Source: Steroidobacteraceae bacterium (GTDB lineage Bacteria; Pseudomonadota; Gammaproteobacteria; Steroidobacterales; Steroidobacteraceae). From it: 64,000 nucleotides of DNA. The notes under the pieces are model-generated. The model had not been told where the DNA came from. It ran no database searches and saw only the letters and a list, made by a program, of their open reading frames with translations. The translations under genes were made by a program, and so were the position numbers. Location of the stretch: the NCBI GenBank assembly GCA_036393055.1, contig DASVWT010000308.1, forward strand, positions 5,657-69,656. Direction: 5' to 3'. Shown piece by piece: positions 8,443-17,727 of the stretch. Within the stretch, counting starts at the first letter, position 1. Each line of letters opens with the position of its first letter.

Positions 8443-9159
8443 GTGAGACATCGCAACGTCCGCGGCACGATCCTCTACACCTCGAGGAAGCCCGAGCGCT
8501 TCGGCCAGCGCCGCGGCATCGAGCACTTCAACTTCACGCATCACCACGACGGCAAGACGACCCTGCGCGCTTATGTGGAGATCGAGGAGCCCGAGCCGAC
8601 CGTCCTGCGCGACGTCGTCTACTCCCTGGACGAGGCGCATCGGCCGATGGACTGCCACGTACGCCTTACCGTCGGCGACCGCTTCATGGGATCCGGGTGG
8701 TTTCGCTTCACTCCGCAGTTCATCGAGTGCGAGTCTTACGGGCCCTCCATAGGACGCGTGTCGCAGCGCATGGAGCTCGTGCAGCCGCTCGATGGCTTCG
8801 GAACGCATCCGGTGGTAGCGGACGGCCATTTGCTGTCGCATTTCGCCTGGACGTCCGGACAGACCCGCCGGCTGCATCTGCGGGTGCCCTCGCCCGACCT
8901 TCGCGGAGCCTCACCGCCGCTGCTCGCCGAGGTGAGCATCGATGCGCGCTACGTCGGCCAGGAGGAAATCCAGGTCCAGGCGGGCCGCTTCGCCGCGCGG
9001 CACTTCCAGTACCTGGATACGGGCGGCGGCGGCTTTACGTCGCAGCATCCCCCATATGATCTGTGGATCACCGACGATGCGGATGCGGTGATGCTGCAGG
9101 GCGGCGTGCAAGGGCACATGCTGACCTGGTACGAGCTCGCGGCTTTGGAGCGCACGTGA
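8443..9159 (+). CDS. hypothetical protein (238 aa)
   Basis: ORF track 8332..9159. The upstream part overlaps the promoter/operator region, so the start is set to GTG 8443 (GGGAG 9 nt upstream). No domain I can name. Stop overlaps the next start (GTGA 9156-9159). Confidence 0.6.
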   Translation: MRHRNVRGTILYTSRKPERFGQRRGIEHFNFTHHHDGKTTLRAYVEIEEPEPTVLRDVVYSLDEAHRPMDCHVRLTVGDRFMGSGWFRFTPQFIECESYGPSIGRVSQRMELVQPLDGFGTHPVVADGHLLSHFAWTSGQTRRLHLRVPSPDLRGASPPLLAEVSIDARYVGQEEIQVQAGRFAARHFQYLDTGGGGFTSQHPPYDLWITDDADAVMLQGGVQGHMLTWYELAALERT

Positions 9160-10712
9160 CCGAGACCGCAGCGGCTGCGGCGGGGAAGACGTTGGCCGGG
9201 GCGGAAGCAGGGCTCCGCTCGGTGGCCGTCAGATCACGGGTCACCGCGTTCATCGACAACGCGTTCGAGTCCGCGGGTGCCGGGGAGGTGCTGCCGGTGA
9301 CCGATCCGGCACTCGAGCGCCGGGTAAGCGAGGTGGAAGAGTCCGGTCCGGCCGTGGTCGACCGGGCCGTGCAAGCGGCCCGTCGGGCATTCGCGCAGGG
9401 GCCGTGGCCCCGCATGGAGGTTGCGCAGCGCCAGACCATCCTGCGGCGGGTGGCGGCACTGATCAGAGAGCACGCGGAGGAGCTGGCGTATCTCGAATGT
9501 CTCAACTCGGGCATTCCGATGCGGCATCTGGCGCTGGGACAAATCCCGCGGGCCGCGCTCAATTTCGACTTCTTCGCCGAGTTCATCGGCCAGGTGGCCG
9601 GAGAGACCTACGGCCAGGATTCGCGCTACCTGACCCTGGTCACACGCGAGCCGGTGGGCGTCGCCGCGCTCATCGGGCCGTGGAACGCACCGCTGGCGCT
9701 GACCTCCATGAAGATCGCCGGTTGCATCGCCTTCGGCAACTGCTGCGTCGCGAAGCCGGCCGAGCAGACCCCGCTCGCGGTCGCCAGGCTGATGGATTTG
9801 ATCGTCGAGGCCGGTATGCCGGCGGGCGTCGTGAACATGGTCTGCGGGCGCGGCCCCGTGACCGGCGACACGCTGGTGAAGCACCCTCTGGTGAACCTGG
9901 TCTCCTTCACGGGCGGCACGGCGACGGGGCGCGCGGTCATGGCCACGGCGGGAGCGGGATTGAAGCCCTGCTCGATCGAGCTCGGCGGCAAGTCCGCGAA
10001 CATCGTGTTCGCCTCAGCCGATGTCGAGCGGGCGCTCGATGGGGCGTTGCTCGGCATTTTTTCCAACAACGGCCAACAGTGCCTGGCGGGCTCACGCATA
10101 CTGGTCCAGCGGCCGATCGCACGAGACTTCATCGACGCCTTCGCGGCGCGCGCGGCGCGACTCAGGGTCGGAGATCCGATGGATCCCGCGACCGAGATCG
10201 GCCCTCTCGCCTTCCGCGCCCATTACGACCGCGTGCTTTCCTACGCAAAGGCAGCCCGGTCGGAAGGCTCACGGCTGCTCACAGGCGGCGGCCCGGCAAA
10301 GGGCTTCGAGCGCGGCTTTTACATGGAGCCGACGGCCATTCAGGTCGCCGACCACCGCCACCGCCTCTGTCAGGAGGAAGTGTTCGGCCCGCTGGCCACG
10401 CTACTCGTGTTCGATACGGCCGAGGAGGCGATCGCGCTCGCCAACGACACGCGCTTCGGGCTCGTCTCCTACATCTGGTCGGACCATCTGCCGACCGCGC
10501 TGCGCACAGCACGCGCGATGGCAAGCGGTGTCGTTTGGATCAACACGCCCATGGTCCGGGAGCTGCGCGCTCCGTTCGGCGGTGTCAAGGAGTCAGGGAT
10601 GGGGCGCGAGGGCGGCCGCGCTTCCATGCAGTTCTATACGGTGGAGAAGACTACCGCCATCGCGGTGGGCGATGTGCCGATGGTCCGCCTGGGGGCCCTG
10701 TCCGATTCATGA
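9156..10712 (+). CDS. NAD(P)-dependent aldehyde dehydrogenase
   Basis: ORF track 9063..10712, start set to GTG 9156, which overlaps the upstream stop. Hallmarks: FTGGTATGRAVMA, IELGGKSANIVF (Glu), NNGQQCLAGSRILV (Cys), EEVFGPL. Confidence 0.85.
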   Translation: MTETAAAAAGKTLAGAEAGLRSVAVRSRVTAFIDNAFESAGAGEVLPVTDPALERRVSEVEESGPAVVDRAVQAARRAFAQGPWPRMEVAQRQTILRRVAALIREHAEELAYLECLNSGIPMRHLALGQIPRAALNFDFFAEFIGQVAGETYGQDSRYLTLVTREPVGVAALIGPWNAPLALTSMKIAGCIAFGNCCVAKPAEQTPLAVARLMDLIVEAGMPAGVVNMVCGRGPVTGDTLVKHPLVNLVSFTGGTATGRAVMATAGAGLKPCSIELGGKSANIVFASADVERALDGALLGIFSNNGQQCLAGSRILVQRPIARDFIDAFAARAARLRVGDPMDPATEIGPLAFRAHYDRVLSYAKAARSEGSRLLTGGGPAKGFERGFYMEPTAIQVADHRHRLCQEEVFGPLATLLVFDTAEEAIALANDTRFGLVSYIWSDHLPTALRTARAMASGVVWINTPMVRELRAPFGGVKESGMGREGGRASMQFYTVEKTTAIAVGDVPMVRLGALSDS

Positions 10713-10753
10713 GAGGAGTTTGACGAGTCCCGCGCGAACGGACCGAATGGCGT

Positions 10754-11971
10754 TCAAAGAGCACGGTAGCTTTCCTCATCGGCTGGGTTGGCCCATTCGC
10801 CGAGCGTGCCCTCCACTGCACGCAAGTACTCGGCTGACTTCACGGCCGTCGCGACATACCATGCGCCGGGTCCATCCAGCTTGGGCAGCTCGGTCTCTGC
10901 GATCGCATCGTGAGAGAATCCGGCCTCGCCGAGCAGCTTCACCACATCGGCCTCGGCGAACACCTGCCAGAAGGGCTCGTTGTTGTATCGGGTCTCCCAG
11001 GCGAAGAGATACCGCTCATACAGGCTGCGGTCGCCGCGGATCGGCACGTCCTGGTGGACTGCGATACCGCCCGGCCGCAGCACCCGGTGCGATTCCGCGA
11101 GCATCCGCGCCAGGGTGTCGCGGGAAACCTCGTGCATGAGGTTGTGAGAGACGACGAGGTCGAAGTGCCCGTCGGGAAAGCCTAGATGGCGCACATCCAT
11201 CTGGTGGAAGTGCACGGCGACGCCGAGAGACTCCGCGCGCGCATGCGCGTAGCGCAGGATCGCCGGGGCGGCATCCACGGCGTGCACCTCGGCGTCGGGA
11301 AAGTCTGCGGCATAACCAACCGACGCACCGCCGGCCGAGCATCCGAGGTCGAGGATTCGACGCGGCCGCAAGTCGGGAAATCGCTGCGCCAGGTGCCGGA
11401 TCACAGCCCCTGCCTTGCTATCGCGTCCCCCGATGCCGACGCCCGAGGAGTAGAGATTGCCGCCGCTCTCATACAGCGCGCCGGCCATGATGTCCTCCTC
11501 GCCGCTGTCGCGCAGGTAGCCTCCCGGCTGGCAGTGGATGTTGGCAACCAACAGGTCGGGAGGCGCCGCTAGTCCGGGATCGAGCGTCAGCGATCCCAGA
11601 GGGTGCCCCGGCTGTGCCGACTGCCCCGACCGCCTCAATCCGCGCGCGGTCTCGAGCATACGCGGCATGTCGCGCACGATCGTGTCCTCGACGACATTCC
11701 ACATCATCTCCTGCGCGCCGCGGGTCAACGCGCTCCACAGGCGGTGACTCGCTTCGCCGGCCATCGCGTCCTCCACCTCCTCGGCTGTCTCAGGACTGCG
11801 GCCGTGGCGGGCGCGAAAGCGCGGCTCGACGTCGCGCCGGTACAACGCCGCGTCCTCACGCGTCATCCCGCGCAGATGGCGCTTCAGCGCCACGATGAAT
11901 TGCGCTCGCGCCACGTCGTCCGACGTCTGCCGTGCCAGCATCTCGTGAGGCTTGCTACGATGCATGTCCAT
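10754..11971 (-). CDS. SAM-dependent methyltransferase-like protein with ~190-aa N-terminal extension (paralog 1 of 4)
   Basis: 405-aa ORF. Class I methyltransferase core: RILDLGCSAGGAS, VHAVDAAP, FDLVVSHNLMHEV, LRPGG. Family motifs HGRSPETAEEVEDAM, AQEMMW, YNNEPFW. GAGGTG RBS upstream of ATG 11971/11965. Confidence 0.8.
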   Translation of the reverse strand: MDMHRSKPHEMLARQTSDDVARAQFIVALKRHLRGMTREDAALYRRDVEPRFRARHGRSPETAEEVEDAMAGEASHRLWSALTRGAQEMMWNVVEDTIVRDMPRMLETARGLRRSGQSAQPGHPLGSLTLDPGLAAPPDLLVANIHCQPGGYLRDSGEEDIMAGALYESGGNLYSSGVGIGGRDSKAGAVIRHLAQRFPDLRPRRILDLGCSAGGASVGYAADFPDAEVHAVDAAPAILRYAHARAESLGVAVHFHQMDVRHLGFPDGHFDLVVSHNLMHEVSRDTLARMLAESHRVLRPGGIAVHQDVPIRGDRSLYERYLFAWETRYNNEPFWQVFAEADVVKLLGEAGFSHDAIAETELPKLDGPGAWYVATAVKSAEYLRAVEGTLGEWANPADEESYRAL

Positions 11972-12854
11972 GGTTCACCTCGGTGCGATTCGTGCCGTAA
12001 CTTACTGTGTGCCCGATCTGCCCGCGGTCGAGCGCGCCTATGTCGAAACCCTCGGATATACCGTTGCGGGCCGCGGCCGGATCGGCGCGCACCTCGCGCG
12101 GGCCTGGGGCGCGGTAGCGATCACCGGCCTGCGGGTGTTGCTGCTCGCCCCTGCAAGCGGCGAGGCCGTGTTTCTGCGCTTCATCGAAGACTCTCGGGCC
12201 GGCGCCTGCGCCGCCCTGACGACGCACGGCTGGAATGCAACCGAATTCGTCGTGCAGGATGTCGATGCGCTGGCGCTGCGGCTCGAGAAGGGCCCGTTCC
12301 GGATCATCGGTCCGCCGAAGGGGCTCACCCGCTTTCCGATGATCCGCGCCATGCAGGCGATCGGGCCGGCGGGGGAATGCTGTTATTTCACCGAGGTCGG
12401 AGCCGGCTCGGGTCTGAGCCTGGCCGAGGCCCGCGCTTTCGTGGGCAGGGTGTTCATCGTGGTCGCGGCCGGGCCGGATGCCGATGCACTCTTTGCGCCC
12501 TACCGGGAGTTCGCCAATGCCGCGGACCCGCCGGTCGCAACACCCGTCGCGGTGATATCCGCGGCCCACGGGCTGCCGCTCGAGACGCCGCATCGGCATG
12601 GGCTCGTGCGTCTGCCCCGCGGCACACTGATCGAGCTCGATCAGTATCCGCCCGCCGCGCGGGCGCGCCCCTGCGTGCCCGGAAGACTTCCGCCCGGGAT
12701 GGCGATGGTCACGCTCGATGTTGAGTCGCTGGCCGGCCGCCGCGGCATCACCCCGCTCGCGGCAGGCGACCTTCCCGGCATCGACGGCTCCGCGGCGTGC
12801 CTGCGCGGTGCGGCAGGCGAGATCATCGAGCTCATCGCCCCAGCCTCGAGTTGA
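11964..12854 (+). CDS. two-domain VOC (glyoxalase/dioxygenase-fold) family protein, paralog 1
   Basis: ORF track 11952..12854 (TTG). ATG 11964 or ATG 11970 is more likely: MVHLGAIRAVTYCV aligns with the paralog N-terminus MLRSATLSV. Clear paralogy to 12866-13741 (FLRFIEDS..GWNATEFVV..GPFRIIGPPKGL). Confidence 0.7.
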   Translation: MSMVHLGAIRAVTYCVPDLPAVERAYVETLGYTVAGRGRIGAHLARAWGAVAITGLRVLLLAPASGEAVFLRFIEDSRAGACAALTTHGWNATEFVVQDVDALALRLEKGPFRIIGPPKGLTRFPMIRAMQAIGPAGECCYFTEVGAGSGLSLAEARAFVGRVFIVVAAGPDADALFAPYREFANAADPPVATPVAVISAAHGLPLETPHRHGLVRLPRGTLIELDQYPPAARARPCVPGRLPPGMAMVTLDVESLAGRRGITPLAAGDLPGIDGSAACLRGAAGEIIELIAPASS

Positions 12855-12865
12855 TTCGGCGGTGA

Positions 12866-13741
12866 TCACACCGCAACCAGCTCGATGAGCGTTCCATCGG
12901 GCGCCCGCAACGTGCCGGTGCGCTTGCCGCCGTAAATGATGCCCGTCCTCTGCTGCGGCGTCTCGATCCAGGGGCCTTCGAGGAGGTGAAACTCGGGGTG
13001 CCCCAGGGTCACGAGGCCGGCGCCGGGCGGCAGCTCGCCCGGCCGCGCTGGACGCGGCGTCGCACCGCGCGGGTACTGGTCAAGCTCCAAGAAGACATCG
13101 CGTCCGTGGGAGAGCGTCGCGATAGTATGCAGGTCCGAGGTTGGCAGACCGAACGCGTCCGCCAGCATGGTGTATGGAATCTCCATCTTCCGCCCGAGCG
13201 AGAGCCGCAGCGCGCGCTCGAACCAGGCGAGCGAGCCGTCGAGATCCGAGCAGGCGAGCACGGCGATGAATATCGAGTCGACCGGGGACGCGGCGCGCGG
13301 CAGATCGTACATGGGCAGATCGTCGAGGATCTGCGTGAGATACACGATCTCCCGGTCCGGACCCCGCACCTGCATCGGGAAGATGGCAGGCAATCCTTCC
13401 AGGGGCCGCGGGGGCCCGATGATCTCAAAGGGCGAGTCCCGCAGCCTCCGATCGACGGCAAGGACATCCGCGACGCAAATCTCGATGGCCGCCCAACCGT
13501 AGGTCCGTAGGGGCAGGTAGCTTGGGACCGTATCGCTCGCAATCAGGCGCAGGAAGACCTCGGCCCCCGACGATGGCGCGAGCACGAGGTAACGGCGGCC
13601 CGCCATGGCGGACGCTCCCCAGCTTGCCGCCAGATCCGGCTCGATCCGGCCCTCCTCGACGATCCGGTAGTCGAGCCATCGTACGTATCGTTGGGCGGTC
13701 GCATCGGGATCGCCGACGCTGAGCGTGGCGGAGCGCAGCAT
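12866..13741 (-). CDS. two-domain VOC (glyoxalase/dioxygenase-fold) family protein, paralog 2
   Basis: ORF track 12866..13807, start trimmed to ATG 13741, 2 nt after the upstream stop. FLRLIASD..GWAAIEICV..SPFEIIGPPRPL; C-terminal ..APDGTLIELVAV. Confidence 0.75.
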   Translation of the reverse strand: MLRSATLSVGDPDATAQRYVRWLDYRIVEEGRIEPDLAASWGASAMAGRRYLVLAPSSGAEVFLRLIASDTVPSYLPLRTYGWAAIEICVADVLAVDRRLRDSPFEIIGPPRPLEGLPAIFPMQVRGPDREIVYLTQILDDLPMYDLPRAASPVDSIFIAVLACSDLDGSLAWFERALRLSLGRKMEIPYTMLADAFGLPTSDLHTIATLSHGRDVFLELDQYPRGATPRPARPGELPPGAGLVTLGHPEFHLLEGPWIETPQQRTGIIYGGKRTGTLRAPDGTLIELVAV

Positions 13742-13743
13742 CT

Positions 13744-14043
13744 TCACGTCGATGTTTGCTCCGGCTGCAGGACCCGCAGCACACGCGCGACGTATTCCCG
13801 GTTCCACTGCCCGCGCTCCGCCGAATCCGCGGCATTGGGCTCGAAGGTCTCGAGCTCCGGACGCGCGAGCACGCCCTTGCGCTCGAGCAGTCGCTCCAGC
13901 GTATCGATGCGCACCCGCGCCACCGCGAGCTCCTGTGCGATCGCCATTGTGACGGCGAGCACGCGCTCGACCTCAGGCGCCAGAAACCAGGGCCGGTCGG
14001 AACCGGTGTGCGGTCCTCCCGCCGAAGATTGCGGTGTCGACAT
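13744..14043 (-). CDS. small helical protein, partner family copy A (99 aa)
   Basis: 99-aa ORF, GGAGG 8 nt upstream of the ATG. Core LAVTMAIAQELAVARVRIDTLERLLERKGVLARPELETFEP..REYVARVLRVL is paralogous to the small ORFs at 17724, 22554 and 44782. Confidence 0.65.
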   Translation of the reverse strand: MSTPQSSAGGPHTGSDRPWFLAPEVERVLAVTMAIAQELAVARVRIDTLERLLERKGVLARPELETFEPNAADSAERGQWNREYVARVLRVLQPEQTST

Positions 14044-14082
14044 CGCTGCGCCTCCGGAGGGGCTCCGCGGAATTACCCTATT

Positions 14083-14091
14083 ACTATAACA
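14083..14091 (-). promoter_or_regulatory. TG-extended -10-like element upstream of small-protein/VOC genes
   Basis: The minus strand reads TGtTATAGT in an AT-rich patch (TTTAAATGTTATAGTAATAGG), about 40 nt upstream of ATG 14043. Confidence 0.35.
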
Positions 14092-14101
14092 TTTAAAGCG
14101 C

Positions 14102-14851
14102 TCAGTGCTGCAAGTCGAGCCGAAGCTGGTAACGGTCGGAGCGGTAATGGGCGACGGTGAGCAGCAGGGGATTGCCGCGCTGATCGAACACCGAGCGCGT
14201 GATGCGCAGGATGGCCGAGCGCGGCTCGACCGCGAGGTGGCGGCAGAGCACCGGATCGGCGAGCACGGCGGCCACCGTCTGCGAGGCCTTGCCGAGCCGA
14301 AAGCCGGCGTTCTTGATGAGTTTCAGGACAGGCTTGTGCGTGAGGCCCTCGCGGGTGATGTGCGGCGCCAGCGCGGCCGGTACGTAACTCAAGACGTAGC
14401 CCAGGGGCTCGCGATCGAGGTAACGCACCCGCACCGCTCGTATCACCGCATCACCCGCCTTCAGGCCCATCAGCTCGGCCACCCCCACGCTGGCCGCCTC
14501 CTGCTGCACCTCCAGGACGCGGACTTTGGTCAACCGGCCGAACTCCAGCAGCGAGTCCACAGCCTGATCCATGTTCGCCTCGATCGGCTTGGCCGGCGGG
14601 CGGTAGATCACGGTCGTGCCGACGCGGCGCTTGCGCGCCACGAAGTGATGTTGGGCAAGCTCCGCCAGCGCGCGGCGCGCCGTGATCCGCGAGACACCGC
14701 AGGTCAGCGAGACCTCTTTCTCGGTCCCGACGATCGAGCCGCAGGGGCGCTGTCCGGAGAGGATCTCGTCGCGCAACTGCAGGAAGATCTGATGATACAG
14801 GGGAATGGCTGCCGACCTGTCGATGGCGGCGCGCTTGTTGCTCGCTTGCAT
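14102..14851 (-). CDS. GntR-family transcriptional regulator (HutC/UTRA type)
   Basis: ORF track 14102..14995, start trimmed to ATG 14851 (MQASNKRAAIDRSAAIPLYHQIF), 249 aa. HTH GTEKEVSLTCGVSRITARRALAELAQHHFVARKRRVGT. Divergent from the hydantoinase operon. Confidence 0.85.
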   Translation of the reverse strand: MQASNKRAAIDRSAAIPLYHQIFLQLRDEILSGQRPCGSIVGTEKEVSLTCGVSRITARRALAELAQHHFVARKRRVGTTVIYRPPAKPIEANMDQAVDSLLEFGRLTKVRVLEVQQEAASVGVAELMGLKAGDAVIRAVRVRYLDREPLGYVLSYVPAALAPHITREGLTHKPVLKLIKNAGFRLGKASQTVAAVLADPVLCRHLAVEPRSAILRITRSVFDQRGNPLLLTVAHYRSDRYQLRLDLQH

Positions 14852-15008
14852 GATTCGCCTTTGCGGCGGCTCCCGTGGTGGACCCTGCGGATCGCGCCCG
14901 ACACCCCCGCGGGAGCGGTACCGATCCCGGCGCAATTGTAAGACAGCATCGGCTGCGCAGCGAGGCCGGCGTCGCCGACGGGCCCGCATGCGCACCCGCG
15001 ATCGGGCT

Positions 15009-15047
15009 TTGTTTCTCCAAGGGCGAAATGGTATATGATTAGGTCAT
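15009..15047 (+). promoter_or_regulatory. putative sigma70 promoter and inverted repeat upstream of hydantoinase operon
   Basis: TTGTTT (15009-15014), 17 nt spacer, TG-extended TATATG (15032-15037). Overlapping inverted repeat ATGAttaggTCAT (15035-15047). GGAGG RBS before ATG 15063. Confidence 0.35.
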
Positions 15048-15062
15048 TTCGAGGAGGGCCGG

Positions 15063-16535
15063 ATGGCGGGCGAGAAGTACGATCTGCTGGTGCGCAACGT
15101 GCGCGTGGTGCGTCCAAACGCAGGCTCCGTGTCTGTGCAGGACATTGCGGTCAAGGACGGCAGATTCGCCGCCGTCGGAGGAGCGCTCGATCCGGCCGCG
15201 GCGGCGAACGTCGCCGATGCGCGCGGCATGCTCGGCTTCCCGGGCCTGGTCGATGCGCACATGCACACGGGCATCTACAGTCCGCTGGCCGAGGACGCCG
15301 TGACCGAGAGCCGGGCCGCCGCGCAGGGCGGTGTGACCTCGAGCCTCAACTACTTCCGCTCGGGCCAGTACTACCTCAACAAGGGCGGCCCCTACGCGGA
15401 ATTCTTCCCCGAGGTGCTCGATATCTCCAAGGGCCGCTTTCACGTCGACTACGCCTATCATCTGGCGCCGCTGGATACGCGCCAGATCGGCGAGATCGAC
15501 ATGCTGATCGAGAAGTACGGCGTCACGTCCTTCAAGATTTTCATGTTCTACGGCGGGTACGGCCTGCACGGCGCGTCCGGCCATCAGCACGAGTTCCTGA
15601 TGATCGGGCCCGAGGAGAAGTACGACCTCGCCCACTTCGAGTTCGTCATGCGGGGCGTGGAGCGCGCGCTCGCCAAATTTCCGGACCGCAGCCGCTACAT
15701 CAGCCTCAGCCTGCATTGCGAGACCGCCGAGATCATGGCCGCCTACACCAAGCTGGTGCAGCAGGAAGGCAAGCTCAGCGGTCTCAGGGCCTACAGCGCG
15801 GCGCGGCCCCCGCACTCCGAGGGACTCGCGGTCACGATCGCCTCGTACCTCGCGCACGAGACGCGGTGCCTCAACATCAATCTCCTGCACCTGTCCTCGC
15901 GCAAGGCGGTGGAAGCCGCGCTCACCATGGAGCGCGCCTTTCCGCACGTCAATTTCCGCCGGGAGGTGACGATCGCGCACCTCTGTATCGATTACGACGT
16001 CAAGACCGGCGTGCTCGCCAAGGTCAATCCGCCCATCCGCTCGCGCGAGGACGTCGAGTACCTCTGGCAGACCCTGCTCGACGGCAAGATCGACTGGGTG
16101 TGCAGCGATCACGCCTGCTGCCGGCACGAGATGAAGGTCGATGGCAGCAGGCCGGGCGACGTCTTCCTCGCCAAGTCCGGATTCGGTGGCACGGAGTACC
16201 TGCTCTCGGCCCTGCTCAGCGAGGGCCGCCGGCGCGGCCTGTCCTACAACCGCGTCGCCGAGCTGACCTCGTGGAATCCGGCGCAGCGCTTTGGCCTGCT
16301 GCGCAAGGGAGACATCGCTCCCGGATTCGACGCCGATCTGGTGCTGGTCGATCCCGACAAGTCGTTCGTCGTGCGCGCGGCGGAATCCGAATCCCGGCAG
16401 GGCTACACGCCATTCGAAGGCATGGAGCTGACGGGCAAGGTTGCCGCGACATATCTGCGCGGCAACTGCATCTACGAGAACGGCGCGGTAGTCGGACCGC
16501 CGCAGGGACGCTACCTCCACCGTCCTTACGCCTGA
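15063..16535 (+). CDS. hydantoinase/dihydropyrimidinase-type cyclic amidohydrolase
   Basis: 490 aa. Complete metal-site pattern: VDAHMH (HxH), SFKIFM (carbamylated Lys position), SLHCE, LLHLSS, CSDHAC. Confidence 0.9.
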   Translation: MAGEKYDLLVRNVRVVRPNAGSVSVQDIAVKDGRFAAVGGALDPAAAANVADARGMLGFPGLVDAHMHTGIYSPLAEDAVTESRAAAQGGVTSSLNYFRSGQYYLNKGGPYAEFFPEVLDISKGRFHVDYAYHLAPLDTRQIGEIDMLIEKYGVTSFKIFMFYGGYGLHGASGHQHEFLMIGPEEKYDLAHFEFVMRGVERALAKFPDRSRYISLSLHCETAEIMAAYTKLVQQEGKLSGLRAYSAARPPHSEGLAVTIASYLAHETRCLNINLLHLSSRKAVEAALTMERAFPHVNFRREVTIAHLCIDYDVKTGVLAKVNPPIRSREDVEYLWQTLLDGKIDWVCSDHACCRHEMKVDGSRPGDVFLAKSGFGGTEYLLSALLSEGRRRGLSYNRVAELTSWNPAQRFGLLRKGDIAPGFDADLVLVDPDKSFVVRAAESESRQGYTPFEGMELTGKVAATYLRGNCIYENGAVVGPPQGRYLHRPYA

Positions 16536-16545
16536 GGAGCCAACC

Positions 16546-17727
16546 ATGGCCGCGATGATCCAGCCCGACCGCACCACCCCGGACGCGGCCGCGCTGGCCT
16601 CCCGGCAGTCGTTCGTCGCGTCTCTGCGCGGTTATGTCCTCGACGATCTCGCTGCCGCGATGCGGCATACGTACGAGTCGGAAATCGAGCCCGCGTTCGA
16701 GCGAGCCCACGGCCGGCCGCCGCGCACGGAAGATGAAGTGCACGCGGCCATGCAGAACAACGCCGTCTTCAAGATCTACAGCTCGATCCGGGTCAACGCC
16801 CAGGAGATGGTCTGGCGCTCGGTGATTCCCGCCGCCGAGGCCGGTCTCGCCGACCTCGAGAAGGCGGTATCGGGCGCGCCCGGGCAGCGTGTGGGCTCCC
16901 TGACCCTCGATGAGTCGCTGACTCTTCCCGCGAACGTCGCAAGCCTCGAGGTTCACCTGATGCCTGGCGGCTATGCCCCCGACGCTTCGGCTCTGGCCGG
17001 AGCCGTCTATGACCGGGGCCTCGCCGTGTTCGCCGCCGGTATGATGGGCAGGAATCAGGACGACATCGGCCTCTCGATGGCGAATTACGTCAAGCATCGC
17101 TTCACGGAGTTTCATCCGCGGCGGATTCTCGATTGCGGCGCGACCGTTGGACACAACTCGGTGCCGTGGGGACTGACCTTTCCTGAAGCGGAAGTGCATG
17201 CGATCGATGTCTCCGCGGCGGTGCTCGCGTACGGCCACCGCAGGGCGCGGAGTCTGGGTGTACCCGTTCATTTTCGCCAGATGAACGCCACCCGGCTCGC
17301 CTATCCGGACGCGTCCTTCGATGTGGTCTTCAGCTCCATGTTCCTGCACGAGCTGCCGGTCGCCGATATCCACCGGTTCTTCGCCGAGGCGCGCCGCGTG
17401 CTGCGGCCGGGCGGCCTGCTGCTCAACATGGAGCTGCCGCCCAACCGGGAGCTGGCTCCGTACGATCAGTTCTATCTGGACTGGGACTGCTACTACAACG
17501 AAGAGCCCTACTATCGCGCCTTCCGCGATCAGGACCCGGAAGCTCTCGTGGCCGCGGGCGACTTCCGGCGGGACTGCTACTTCCAGTTCGTCGTGCCGCA
17601 ATACTCCTATATGACGGAGCCGGAGTTCATCGCCGCCGTCAGCGCACCGCCCGCCATCGGCCAGCAGACCGGGCGCCTGAGCTCGGGGGTTCAGTGGTTC
17701 GGCTTTGGCGCGTGGAATCGCCCGTGA
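16546..17727 (+). CDS. SAM-dependent methyltransferase-like protein with N-terminal extension (paralog 2 of 4)
   Basis: 393 aa, GAGGAG RBS. RILDCGATVGHNS, VHAIDVSA, FDVVFSSMFLHEL, LRPGG, YNEEPYY. N-terminal HGRPPRTEDEVHAAM, AQEMVW. Confidence 0.8.
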   Translation: MAAMIQPDRTTPDAAALASRQSFVASLRGYVLDDLAAAMRHTYESEIEPAFERAHGRPPRTEDEVHAAMQNNAVFKIYSSIRVNAQEMVWRSVIPAAEAGLADLEKAVSGAPGQRVGSLTLDESLTLPANVASLEVHLMPGGYAPDASALAGAVYDRGLAVFAAGMMGRNQDDIGLSMANYVKHRFTEFHPRRILDCGATVGHNSVPWGLTFPEAEVHAIDVSAAVLAYGHRRARSLGVPVHFRQMNATRLAYPDASFDVVFSSMFLHELPVADIHRFFAEARRVLRPGGLLLNMELPPNRELAPYDQFYLDWDCYYNEEPYYRAFRDQDPEALVAAGDFRRDCYFQFVVPQYSYMTEPEFIAAVSAPPAIGQQTGRLSSGVQWFGFGAWNRP

